Source of the DNA: the human T2T-CHM13v2.0 reference genome, Homo sapiens
Direction: 5' to 3' (one strand)
DNA length: 64,000 nucleotides
Assembly: GCF_009914755.1 (NCBI RefSeq)
Contig: NC_060939.1
Shown: piece by piece, positions 38,573 to 51,181 of the stretch
Layout of the letters: the number at the start of each line of letters is the position of its first letter
How positions within the stretch are numbered: the stretch's first letter is position 1
Made by a program: the position numbers and the translations under genes
Notes under the pieces: generated by a model
Databases searched by the model: none
What the model was told of the DNA's origin: nothing
What the model saw: only the letters and a program-made list of their open reading frames with translations

Positions 38573-39596
38573 ATCATCTTGGAGACCATCAGGCCCTTCT
38601 CATGACACACCATACCAGGATTCTTTTGATTTTGCTGAAGAATCTGCAAGAAAAGAGTGCTGTTCTAGACCAGAACTAATTAAGAATCTGCAAGAAAAGA
38701 GAATTCCCTGATGCAGCACCAAGCCCACATAGACTTTGCAAAAAAAAAAAAAAAAAAGAACAAACCACAGAAGGATGAAACTAGCAGCCTACTGCCCACT
38801 TCTCCAAGAGCCAGGGAACCTACACCTCCTCAGTCTTGACCCTGTGACTACTTCTGTGCACCATCAGCTCCACACCAGAGGTATCTGCAGCCTACCACCA
38901 AAGGAGCTGTTAGGGGGCTGCCGCCAGCCTCCTTGGGTTGAAGCAGTGGGAAGGAAGGAGGCACCATATAATCTTGTCACCAAGGCCTGCTGCCAGCACC
39001 AAGGAGGGCCCATGAGCCAACCCCTTAAAATCTAATGCCTATGACAAGGAAGCAACTGCTGCCGCCCAACATTCTTCTTGAAGGCCAAGAAATATTTTCC
39101 TACATCATTGATATATTTGCTTTTCCCTCAATTAAATTGCTGTAAAATGGGGTGGGGTTTAAAGCCATCTGAGCCATTTTTATTCAGTTAAATTACACTG
39201 GATGGCTCATTTAATGAACTTTAATGAAGTCAAAATGCTTTCTCTAATCAAATCTCAACTGACGTGACTGGTGTCTTGACCTTAGCTCAGGAGACTGGAG
39301 GCAACTTTTTCTGTGCAGCCTGTTATGGGCTCTACCAGGGTTTCCCAGAGCGTGTTCCTGGAATCTGAGGTCTGCAATATGTTCATGGGTATTTCAAGGG
39401 GAAAAAGATCATATTGCTTGAAAATTGTATTAAAATTAAGCATGCTTATTTACTGCAGAACTTCTCAGAGCTTTTACTGTAAGAGAAGGACCTGGCAAAC
39501 TGTGTCTCTCAAACTTACTGGAGCATAGAATCTTCTCCATGGAGTGTCTAGCCAAAAAATACCCACATAACATCCTTAGAGAAATGTTCTCTAAGC

Positions 39597-40272
39597 CAGG
39601 GGTCAGCAAGCTAGAGCCTGTAGGTCGGCAGTCTGTTTTTATAGTTCTACCAAAACACAGCCATGTCCATTTGATTATGTGTTGTCTACGGTCATGTTCC
39701 AGGCAGAATAATGGTATCCACATCCAAATCTCGAGAATCTGTGAATAGGTTAACTTACACCGCAGAGGTGATTAAGCATATAGACCTTGAGATCAGGAAG
39801 TTATCATGAATTATCCCATGGTCCCAAGGTAATCATAAGGGGCATTAAAGGTAGAAGAGGAAGGCAGAGAGAAAGTAGGGACCCATGTGACTAATGAAGG
39901 AAAGCACAAAGACATTCAATGTTGCTGGCTTTGAAGATGGAAGAGGGGGCCACAAGCCAAGAATGTGAGTGACCTCTAGAAGCTGGAAGAGGCAAGAAAA
40001 CCCATTCATCCATTCTCCCTTAGAGCCTCCAGAAAGAAATGCTGACCTCCCTACACTTTGACTGTAGCCTGATGAGACCCATGTTGAATTTCTGGGTGTA
40101 AGGCAATAAATTTGTGTTGTATTACGTCACAAACTTTGTGTTAATTTGTTACAACAGCAATGAGCAACTAATAGGGCCACTTTCACATTACAAAAGCAGA
40201 GGTGAGCAATTGCAACAGAGACCAAAATATTTACTATGTGACCCTTTTCAGAAAAAGTGTGACAACCCCTTG
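39597..40272 (+). mobile_element. MER58A split by an MLT1D-like LTR (39695-40174)
   Basis: MER58A halves CAGGGGTCAGCAAGCT... / ...AAAATATTTACTATGTGACCCTTTTCAGAAAAAGTGTGACAACCCCT; TSD GGTCA/GGCCA. Confidence 0.8.
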
Positions 40273-40277
40273 TCTAG

Positions 40278-40434
40278 AACAGTACTCTCCAGTATAGATA
40301 TAATAAAAGACACAAATACCACGTGAAATTTTCTGTTAGTCACATGTTAAAGAGTGAAAAGAGGTGAAAGTAATTGCAACAATATGTTACTTAACCCAAT
40401 ATATCCAAAACATCAATTCAACTTGTAATCTATC

Positions 40435-40472
<38 letters not shown>

Positions 40473-40622
40473 ATAAATGAGGTATTTCACATTCTTTTTT
40501 GTACTAAGTCTTTAAATCCATATGTGCTTCACTCTCAGAGCTCATCTCAATTTGAATTGGCCACATTGCAAGTGCTTGATAGCCATGAGTGGCCAAAGGC
40601 TACCATATTAGAAGACACGGCT
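40278..40622. mobile_element. MER33-like hAT MITE containing an (ATCT)9 STR at 40435-40470
   Basis: TTAACCCAATATATCCAAAA...GCCACATTGCAAGTGCTTGATAGCCATGAGTGGC...GGCTACCATATT. Confidence 0.75.
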
Positions 40623-43600
40623 CTGGACCATCTGAAAAATCCAGACATTGCCTGAAGTCCCCAGTAGAGAGAAGCAGTCAACAGGTAGAAAACTGTCATT
40701 ATAAGTTCTCCAAAGGAATGTCAGGTTTTCTTTCCCCAGATGTCAATCCATCCCAGAATCCAGCAGTCACATAGTTTGTTTTATGAGAAGGAAATCACTC
40801 CAGTTGTCCCAGAGCACAGTGCAACATCACTGAGTAGCTGCCAGCATCCTCTCAGGCTGGAGCTCAGAGCAGGAAGGAAAAGAGAGGTGAGCACTTGCCA
40901 TGTGCTGAGGAGGTGGAGAAGGACCGTGGCACATGGGAGACCAGATATGGACACAGAGAACTGGACTCTTCCAGAATGCTTGGCCCACCTAATCAAGTCC
41001 AAACTCCACCTCAGAATTCAAGTACTTCCACAAAATGACATCAGCCTCCTGTTTCCATATATTCTCTCACTACCCACCTCCTTCCCCCATCCTTCAGCCC
41101 CTCCCCCTAGCTAACCCTAAAAACCTACCTGGGACAAAATGGCATCGCCCTGTTGGCTGCACCCTTAGAGCTAGCTCCCTGGCACTTCTCCTGCTCCACA
41201 CCACCGCACCTTTCATGCCCTTCTCCCCACCCTGCAAGCACAGTGTGAGTGGTTCTCTCTGCAGACGGCTAGCACCACCCACTCTAAAATCTTCTTTCCC
41301 TCCGCTTTCTCCCACTGCATTTTTCTTGGGCCTCGACTGTCACAGCCTGCGTCTCAGACTGCTGGCCTGGAGTGACAGCTGTGCCTGTGTTGGCCTCCCA
41401 CCAGGTTGCTTTTCTTGAAGACAACCTTTTCTTTTTCAGTTTTATTTTCTTTATAGCACCTGGAACCCAGTAAGTGCTCAAAGAACGTATGGAAAGTTCA
41501 ACGGAAGACCCACAAAACTCTTTCATCTGAAGGGACCTAAAACCAACCTGAGTTTCTAGGGACACTGGAAGGAAGCATTTCTTTCTACACAGCAACCACA
41601 GTGCACAAAGAGACTCTGCAGAGACCTCAGCAGAAAAAGGCCTAGGGACAAAGACAATCCTGTACCCTGCAGGGTGCGGCTTCTGCTCCTCCCACTGCCC
41701 TCCTCCACCCACCTGTCCTGGGACCTCTTTCTGTCCCTGTGAAGCCAACTTCTACACTGCTATGAACTCACACAGCCATTGCGCAGCCAAGCCAGACTCT
41801 CCCAGTGGGTGTCAAGAGGATGAAGGCGCTCTCGCTCCCTCTTCTTCCCTCTCTCACACACACACACCACACTACACACCATACCACGCACACATATTCA
41901 AACATACACACTTATCCCCACAGCTGTCTCCGTCTGGCTCCACCAAGAAACACACTGAGAACTCTTCTTAGGGGGTCTGAGGAGCTCTGCCTCTTTGACC
42001 CCTCCCTGCCTCTCAAGGACATTTGGGTTTCTGCCCTTCAGGATCCCCGTCCCTTCTGGTCTGTGCTGCCTCGGCAGGGCCCATCCTGCCCTGGCCTCTT
42101 GATGGGAACACGTGTGGAGCCGAGCAGGACCAGGAGCTGACTCTGTGAGCCCAGGTCCCAGAGCCAGCAGCCCTTCCCTGTTCCCTCCAGTAGGCATGCT
42201 TTTCTCGGTGTCAGCACAAACCTTCACGTCTCTGCGCTGAGGAGCACACTCAGAACCTCGCAGAACATGGGGGAACAGTGGGGAGCCCTCAGCCCACCTC
42301 CCTTGGCCTACACGAGGGACGCCGAGACTGTGAGATCCAGGAGGACTTGGGAGAGGAGATAACTTGTTTGTGTCACCAGGCAAGTCACTGTTGGAGCCAG
42401 GACCCGGAGTCCTGGATTCTGACTACGGGAGAGGAAAATGGGGATCCCAGAGGTTAAGCCAGTTCCCAAGATGACCCAGCTGGATGGTAGCAGAGGCTGG
42501 TAGCTGGCACCAGGGTTCCTGATACTCAAACCAGGGCAGCTGAGGGATCCTCCCCTCTTGGCCAATCTTGGCTACAGGAGTGACTTCTGATCCTTAGTGT
42601 TGCAGGATGGGTAAGGTCATGGCCTTTGGCACCTCACGGGCCCGGGTGCCGGTCCTACCACTGCTGCCTCCATGCCCTGTGACTCTGCGTGAGTTACTTC
42701 ACCTCTCTGTACCTCAGTTTGCTCATCTGGAAGTTGGGAATAATAATAGGGCATGTCCACTTGAGCTGTGGTGAGGATTAAATGGGGTATGGACGGCAGC
42801 TGACACAGTGCCTCATCCTCAGTGGGCACTCAGTGAACATGCTCTGTCACTGTTTCTGCCCATTGCCAGTCACCACCGAAGCCACAACGCGCCCACGCCA
42901 TTAAAACAAATACAGGAGGTCCAGGTGGTGACCCCTTGAATTCAGGCATCATTGTATTCAGTAAAGTCTGAGTTCACAAGGCAATATAGAGACCTGCTGT
43001 AACAAGACAGCAGGCAGCACCTGCTCCCCTAGGGTTGGGCTGGTGCTGGTGTGCTGCCTCCTGCAGCCCACCTAGCAGATGCCTGGGCAGGGCCTGAGGT
43101 CCAGGGAAAATGCGGTCCTCACCCTGAGGTCTATTGGCCACCTGCATCTGGGTCTCCGCTGCAGCACAAGGCCACCAAAGGCCTTAAAATCTGCTGTGTT
43201 TCTTCATGTTGTCTGCTTTGCACCAGACCTTGAGTGTTATTGAAACTATTCTGCGGGGTGGGTGGGCATTGCTCCTTGGGAGTTTCTTTTCAGATAAATT
43301 AACCTAAGGCTAATTACCCTGAAGCATGTGAGCTCTCTCTGGAGTCCCAGGTGGGCGCTGCCAGGCAGATGCTGGGCCTTTTCACCCGGGATCCACCACC
43401 CGGGGAGGTGGAGGCCAGGCCTGGCGTGGGAGCTGACTACCCCAGAGAGGCGCCAGCACATGATGTGCTGATGTGCCCAAGACATCACACTCATTTTTAC
43501 TCAAGAGCTGTCATGACAAGAGAAAAAAAAAGACGCAGAAAGCATCTGTGGGAAAAATCAAGAACCCCTTGCAGCTACTGACTAAAAGCAAAGCAAGGGA

Positions 43601-43994
43601 TAGAGAGGGAGAAGGGAACAGAGGTACAGCTGCAGGCCAAGCCCCCGGGCTGAGAGAGAGCTGCCCAGGGCGGGCACTGTCAGGGCTGGAGAAGCCAGGG
43701 TCCCCAAAGGCTGGTGGGAGCCTGCAGGGGCAAGAGTGCTAAGCTGCTCTGAGGAAGCACATTCCTGTTCATTACTTTTTAGCCAGGCCAGACAACAGTC
43801 CCCTTTCTAAGAGCTACTATTCAGATTAAAGGAAAATCTATGACTCTCTTAAAAACAACAAAACTGTGAACAGAAAGCTGCTCTGGGCCTTTTCATAAAG
43901 AAATCTGATTAGGCCAACGCTGCATCCAATCCCTCCTCCAAGATAAGAGGTTAGAGGGAACACAAGCCAAGTGTGGATTTGAGAAAGCATTGAG

Positions 43995-44165
43995 GGGAGA
44001 GGTTCTCCCATTCCGGGTATCAGAATCACCTGGAGGCTTGGAAAAACCAAATTACCAGGCCTCCTGAGTTTCTGATTCAGCAGGCCTGGAGAATTTGCTT
44101 TTCTAAGAGGTTCCCTGGGTGACATTGATGTTGCTGGTTTGGGAACCACACTTTAAGAACCACTG
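43995..44165 (+). mobile_element. MER5A
   Basis: TATCAGAATCACCTGGAGGCTTG...GAGTTTCTGATTCAGCAGG...GGAACCACACTTTAAGAACCACTG. Confidence 0.8.
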
Positions 44166-44566
44166 ATCTGGTGAAATTTTGTTTTCCCCATGGGCAAGTT
44201 GACTTTGGCTCCAATCAAATCCCTCTGCCCTAAAGAAGTAGACAATCGTATATGCACATATAAGGAAATGAAAGAGTCATGTGAGCAGATGAAAAGAGAT
44301 GCCCTGTCAGGGAGCCGAGGGATGCCTGTGCAGGCTCCTGGGAACAAATGCCATTGTTAATAACCACATAGGGGAATTCACAATCCCCTCCTGGAACTTG
44401 ATGGAGAATCTCCAATGGGGACGTGCCCCTGGCTGGTCCAGGGCAGGGCCATCACAGCACTGCACATTGACTAAAGGGAGGTCCCTGCTGCCCAAAGTGC
44501 CTCCTACACCTGCTTCCTGCACTCAATTACAAGATGAATCTGTGCCTCCCCACCCCACCCAGCCTC

Positions 44567-44568
<2 letters not shown>

Positions 44569-44612
<44 letters not shown>
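44569..44612. repeat. (AC)22 microsatellite
   Basis: Perfect AC x22. Confidence 0.97.
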
Positions 44613-44614
<2 letters not shown>

Positions 44615-45499
44615 TGCTTGAACTTCATGCCTGGTGAGCCTAGAGGACGACAGAGGCTAGAAACCAGAGAAAGTGAGAGGGGCAGTGAGGGTCCCGGGAT
44701 GAGTGGAGATGGTCCCAAAAGAGAGCAGAGGAGAAAACAGGACTCGGACGAGAGCATCCAAACCAATGAGTGAGACCCAAAGCTGGAGCTGGGGAACCCA
44801 GAGGAAGGAGGGGCGCCCCAGCCATGGTCAAGGGGGTGCTGCTGAGCAGAGAGAGGGAAGAGACGAGCACGTAGCAACAGGCCAGCCAGAGCCACACTCA
44901 AGGAGTCACAGCTGTGCCTAGGCCCACTGAGGGACCCATACCCCTGGTTGCCTGAGGATGGGGAGCCCTTGAGGCTACAGGATGAGCTAAGAAGCAGAGA
45001 CCTTAGCTTAGTGCCTGAGGTAGTGTCCTAGAGGCTTGGGGCAGAGTCAGCGGCTAGCGTCAAAGGGTTCACTAAGGCTGCTCTCTGGAGTGGCCAGCGC
45101 AGAAGAGTGGGGGCTTTGCTGACAGCTCAGACCTCCTGCCCTGCCCCTTTTCCAGAGTAGATCCTGCGCATGTAAAAAGCCATAGCTGGACTTCCTCTGC
45201 CCCACTTCTAGCAGGGTCCAGGAGGACATGTGAGCACACCATTGGCCTTTAGGGGCCTTCTCCCCTAGGGGTGTCCAGAAGACTCAACCCTGGGGATCAC
45301 GTGAGGAACAAGGTAGCAGACCCACTTTTAGGACCAAGTCAATGGGCAACTGACAGTGGAGAAAGCCCCATCCAAGTGTATGATGGAGAAGCTCATTCTT
45401 TCCTTAGCACACTACTCTGGAAGGGAACAGTGGCTGTGTGGGTTTGGAAAAGCATTTAGGGGAGAGGTAGGCAATGGTTTTCGAAGATGGGCTAAGCTG

Positions 45500-45990
45500 T
45501 CAGCTCTGACCCTCCTGAGTTGTGGGACCTGCCCTGAGAAAGTTATTTAATCTCTCTGGACCTCAGATTCTTCATCTTGACCATGCAAGTCCTAATAATA
45601 TCAGCCTTATGGGGCAATTCTAAGGATCAAGATAAATTAATGCATGTCAAATGCCCAACACAGTGCTTAGCACATAGCAGGTACTCAATGCATGGCTGCT
45701 GGGGTCACAGAGGTATTTGAGGTGGTAATAGTAATAGCAGCTAACAAACATGGTGATTGCTCTTGGCCAGCTATCTTTAAGGGTTTTGCATATAAGAGTT
45801 CACTTAAATATTGCAACAACCCTATGAGAGATATGCTACTATCATCATTATCATCATCTCTGTTTTACAGAGAGGAGATTACAGAGCAAGTGAGTTAGAC
45901 AACTTGCCCTGGGTCAGTAGCTGCTGTGTGGGGGAAGCCAGGGATTGAACCCCAGCAGTCTGGATGCAGAGTCTGTGCCCTTTACTACCT
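45500..45990. mobile_element. Two oppositely oriented MIR elements
   Basis: MIR core on + (TTATTTAATCTCTCTGGACCTCAG...CACATAGCAGGTACTCAAT), then on - (CAACCCTATGAG...TTTTACAGAGAGGAG...AACTTGCCC). Confidence 0.7.
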
Positions 45991-48372
45991 GCTAGCATTA
46001 GCAGGAGGGGCTACGTTACTAGGGCCCTGTCTCCTGTGCTCCTAGCGATCACTGCCTGTCACCACCACTAGGACAGGATCCTACGATTCTTAGGTAAAAT
46101 TTGGAAAGCCTTCCTCACCCCCAGGTCTGGAAAGACTTGAAGTTCTGGTCACTGAGAGGGGAATTGGAGTCCAATTTTTCACTGTGTTCCCTGGACTAAC
46201 TGGGACCATGTGTGACAGCCATAAAAAATGGAGACCCATCCACTAGCATGGAGGAGAGCATAGGGAAAGGCATGGAGAGAGGTCAACCAGAAATGAGCTA
46301 CATACTCCAGGCAGGGAGAGGTCTTGTAGAGTGATCACACAGTGACAAATCAGGGCTGGAGCATCCTAGAGCCCCTCTCCAGGAGGGATTTGGGCAGGAG
46401 ATCCCAGCTGAACAAACATGCTGAGCTGCTCATGAGTCCCACAGAGGTCGGCCTTTTGGTGGGACTGCATCGTCCTGGGGGGCTGGGCATATTCAGGAGC
46501 TGGCAGGGATTTTTTACCACAAGCAATGCATTCCTGCTTCTAATCTGCCCTCCAGCTGCTGAGGAATCCCCTCTGTGTACATCAGAGCAAAATGGAAGAG
46601 CAAAATGGAAGCACAATAAAGAAAGATGGGGAAGACAGAGCTCCAGCTTCATATTTCAAGTGCTCACTCCTGTAATAAACCAGCAATGCCTGGGACTAAG
46701 AATTCTAAATAAAACCCTATCACAAGACCCAAGTCTCCTCTCCCAGATACTCTGAAGCACCAGCGCCACAGCAAATCAGGATATAAGGCTTCCAGAAGGT
46801 TCTGTTCTTACTCAGCCACACATTTTAGCTAGACAACTCATGAACAGCTCATTTCTCTAGGCTGAGTCTCACTCCTTTCTCTTCTGAAATGGGAGCAAAA
46901 TCTCTACCACATGAGGTGGTGAGAATCAAGTGAAATAACACATACGGATGCCCCACACAGTGCCCACCACATGGTAGGCACTCAATGGAAATGAATTAAT
47001 ATTGCCAGTAAGGACTCACAAAGGAAAAAGCTAAAGAGAACACCTCCAAAGCCAACTGTGAATGAACGGGGGATCAGCCAGCAGAAGGAGAGGGGAGAAG
47101 GGGGCCCACTCTCAAGTTTCCAAATCCTTGAAAGAAAACAGGAGCATGGAGGGAACCATCACTGCAGGAGCAACAAAACAAGAAAACTCGCACCAGACAA
47201 CGCACTCAGCATACGCGCTAAATGGTTTCCAATTAATTAACTGATTACATGATAGAACAGAAGGGGATTCGAAAGAGCGCTGTTGACCTTTAAGAATAAT
47301 TAATATCATCAGGATAGCAAACTCATCCAAGGAAAATAATGAGGAACATTTTGCTTTGGATGGGGAGGCAGATGGGCTTTATCTATGCAACGCCCCAGCT
47401 TCCTCCTCTTTCTCCAGCTTCCTGTCTCTTTTTTCCAGTACCTCCCACCCAGCCTTTCCCTCCTCATTCTCAGACTTCCAGGAGGATCAGGGAGACCTCT
47501 AGACCTTCTAGGTCTGTACATGAGCAGTTGCTGCCTTGGTCCAGCACTGTGGCCACTCTGTTTGCCCAGGTAACATTAGCTGCAAAAGAGTGAGAGGCAC
47601 CCCATACACTTGGTATAAGAAGGGCACACAAAACCTTCTCTTCCCAGTCCACCTGAGTATCTGGATGTCTCTCTCCCTACCTCCTATCTCTCCCTAGGGG
47701 CCAATGTCAGCACCTAGAAATGACACCACTCCATGTCGGGTAGGTGCCCCTCCTCCAGGCTCCCAACTCATACAGAAATTCCCCCAACACAGCCCCAATG
47801 GACTATATAATATCTGGTAGCAAGCAATTCATATTATCTATGAGGTCAACGGCTCATTTGTCTTAGTCACAACAATATTTCCCAGCATCCAGCAACCTGG
47901 TGTTGTTGAGCTGATCTATAATGAGCCCTGTGCCCTGGGCAGTTGTCCTTGACATTCAGTCTTCTCCCAGAATGCCTGGCAAATTCTTAATCATCTTCCA
48001 TGACTTACTGATATATCCCTCCTCTGAGAAGCCTTCCCTGACCACCACCTCCAGACCACTGGTTTTCCCCACTCACATGCTCCCAGAGCATTTCATCCAT
48101 CCATCAAGCTCAGCAATGTCAAATCATGTATCTCTCAAAAGTCTAGCTGCCTCTTGAATGGAGGGAATCCTGGAGTAAAACGACAGCTTTTCCCTCTAGT
48201 TGTCTTCTTGATGCCTAGCAAGATACCTAGTACAGAGTAGGTGCTTAGTAGATGTTTATTGAATGAGCCCAAGCATAAATGGAGGTAATGTGGCCAGAAG
48301 GAGGCAGGACCTTCATTCTTTTTTAGATAGTTCCAAGGATACAAGACTAATTCATTGTATTAATTACTAGTG

Positions 48373-48495
48373 ACAGGTGACCACACATTCTGGTCTGCCC
48401 AAACAGTCCCAGCTCACATCTATTATCCTGGAATTTCATCAGGTCAGTTTCCCTTCCATTCTCCAAAGTGTCCCACTTTGGACAATGTGTTATTT
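48373..48495 (-). mobile_element. MER94-like hAT-Blackjack MITE
   Basis: GGTGACCACACATTCTGGTCTGCCCAAACAGTCCCAG...AAAGTGTCCCACTTTGGACAA. Confidence 0.55.
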
Positions 48496-51160
48496 ACTGA
48501 GATCCTACTATATGCCGTGCATCTAGGTGTCACTTTACAGCAGTGAACAAAAGAGAGGAGCAAATGCTATAAACAGAGTCAGCTTTAGCATCATTTTGTT
48601 TTCTCTATCTTAAAAGTCATCTCTGCTCATGCAATCATTCAACACTAATTAGGTACCTATACTGTGCTGGGAAATGTGGGTGTACTGGGTGTATGGGGTG
48701 AACAAGGCAGCTCCCCATAGAAATTTGTTCATTTACTCCATTTCCAGAGGAATCCAGGGAAGAACTCTTGTCCAAAAAGGATTACTTCTGGCTTAGAATT
48801 TGAATTTTCCCCACGGTCTTGGCCCCTTGCTGGACCCACACGGTGGTGGGCTGCAGCCGGGCTGGCCACAGCCTTACCCATGCCACCTGGTCCAAGACAG
48901 GCACTCTTGCCCCAGATGTCTTGGTTTACTTCTCATTCCTACAAAGGATAAGTCAAAGAGTATTTGCAAGAAAGGCCAGCTGCAGATACAAGTGACACTG
49001 GAGAACAATCTTCAGAATGCTGTGACTCCAGGGAGATCCAGTTAACCCCTGATTTTACTCCTTATTCTCCAGGATCTCATCTGTCTTCATCAGAACTCTT
49101 CCATTCATCTTATTCTGTGTCTGCAGAGTACATCTGACAGCTATCTTTACTGCCAAAGCCCATGTTGTTTTGTTCCCACTAAGATTACCCCCATTGTCCC
49201 TCTCTCCTCCTTAGTTTCATAAGTACTGGCCTCATTTCTTACCTTCCTTGACTGCCAGCAATACCCATGTCCTCTCTTCTGAGCTGCCCTCTCTCCCCAC
49301 CCTGCCCCCATCTCTGTCTTACTTCCAGTGTCAGCTAAAAACATCTCTTTTCTCCTTTTAATTACACTTCTCTGCCCCCTCTCTGTTACTGGCCTTATGA
49401 TTCAGGGCTTTAATTTATTCACCAACAGTGTCATTACACCACCATTTTCTGTAATTTATACCATGCAGTCTTTTGGCCTCTCTTGTCCAATTCTGCAAAA
49501 TGTTTGGGAAATGCAGTGTTCATGCCTACACCCCATGGCCTCTCTCCTGAAGAGATCTGGTAGTGTTCACATAGACTCACTCAAGGAAGAGACAAGATAA
49601 GAATTCTTACCTCATATTGAGTATATGGACCCTAGAGTCAACCCCCATCCCACTTGGTTCCATGTAGATTCTCAAGGAGCTGAGGATTGAATATGAACTG
49701 AGTTGAGGAGGCCATAGAGACAATGCAATCTGCATTGAGACTTAGAGAAACAAGCGGGAACAGAACAGAGTAAAAGGGCATGTGGATGCATGGGCCTGGC
49801 CAAAGGCTGGCACTCTCAGGAATAATCACTAACATTAGGACTTGTGAACTGTGTTTCTGCTTGTAGTTCTTTGTGCAAAGTGGAAGGAATGATTTACACC
49901 TTGATCACAATCATTGTTAAATAAAAGCATGCAGGTAAATTTCACTGAATGGCTCAATTTTCCTAAGTCTTGCATTGAACAGGGTGCCAAACTCAACTCA
50001 TTATTTCTTAGACCTGCACTACTGCTATGGCTGACCTCAACTTAATTTAAAATCTTGAGATCTGAACATAAGTGCAAATAATTAATTAACTTGCTAATCA
50101 TTTTTCCTTGCTATAAGGACTTTTCCATAGTCATTACCAATAATCATGAGAGTAAACTAAAGAAAATTGGGATACAGAAATCATTTCCTGAGAAATCAAA
50201 ATAATAAGTAACGTTTACTCTGTGTTTGTTAGGAGCTAATCACTATACGCTTTAAAGATATTTGTCCACTGAATCTTCCCAACAACATTTTATGGTCTGT
50301 ATTATTATAATGATTTGCTCTCATTGACAGATAAGCAATTCAATAATCCATGGCTCAGAGGTGAGATAGCTAGTTCAAGGTCACGAAGCTGGTAGTGTTA
50401 TCACAGGGCCTGAGTCCACGTGTCTAATTCCAAAATCCACACCCTTGTCATGACACTTGGCATGTGTTCACCTGAGTGTGTGTGTGTGTGTGTATGTGCA
50501 CATGCGCATGAGCAAGAAGTTGTCTTGATCTCCAGCTGGGGACTTGGTTCTATACTATGCAGGTGAAAACCTTCTAAGAATGAAAAAATCACATCATCCT
50601 AGGGGACAAACCCACCCACATCATAACTCAGCCAGCTCTGCTGTGCTTTTCTCACCATTTGGCCCACTTTATCTATTCCTGTGAGAAAGCACATGACAAA
50701 TCTACTTGCTCCAGGCCCCATTCAACAGTAACAGAACAGACCTGACCCTGGGAGCTCTGGTCTGGAAGAAAGAATCCTGTTCCTGCTCAGGATCCTTTGG
50801 AATCCTACAGCCCTAGATAATTCCTCAATGCAGGGTAATCAAAGTCATAAATCACAATCCTCGTCCACTCTAGACTGGGCCTCTGGAAGGCAGAAGTGGA
50901 AGGGGCACTCCCTCTACTGTTTACATCTGGGTCTAGATCCCAGCAGGAGGGCTGGCAAACAGAGCGCAGGCCACCTGTCCACCACATGCACCTAACTCTT
51001 TGCTTGTGCCAAGGCAGTGGCATTCGCTTAAGGACATAGGTCAGCCCACTAGCAGCTGTGGCAATGCTAGGGGAAGGTGAGCCGGGGACTAGGGCCTGGG
51101 CGCTTCTCTCTGGGGAGCTGTTCATAGTTCACTGCCCAGGAGGAAAGGGAGGGCTCCCTG

Positions 51161-51181
51161 GGCTCTGGCCATGGTGCTGAA
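51161..51181 (-). promoter_or_regulatory. RE1/NRSE (REST binding site)
   Basis: Minus strand TTCAGCACCATGGCCAGAGCC vs consensus TTCAGCACCACGGACAGCGCC: 18/21, canonical 2-bp spacer, intact left half. Confidence 0.85.

Noticed and set aside
47186-47210. RE1-like CTCGCACCAGACAACGC
   Set aside because: Wrong spacing and several core mismatches.
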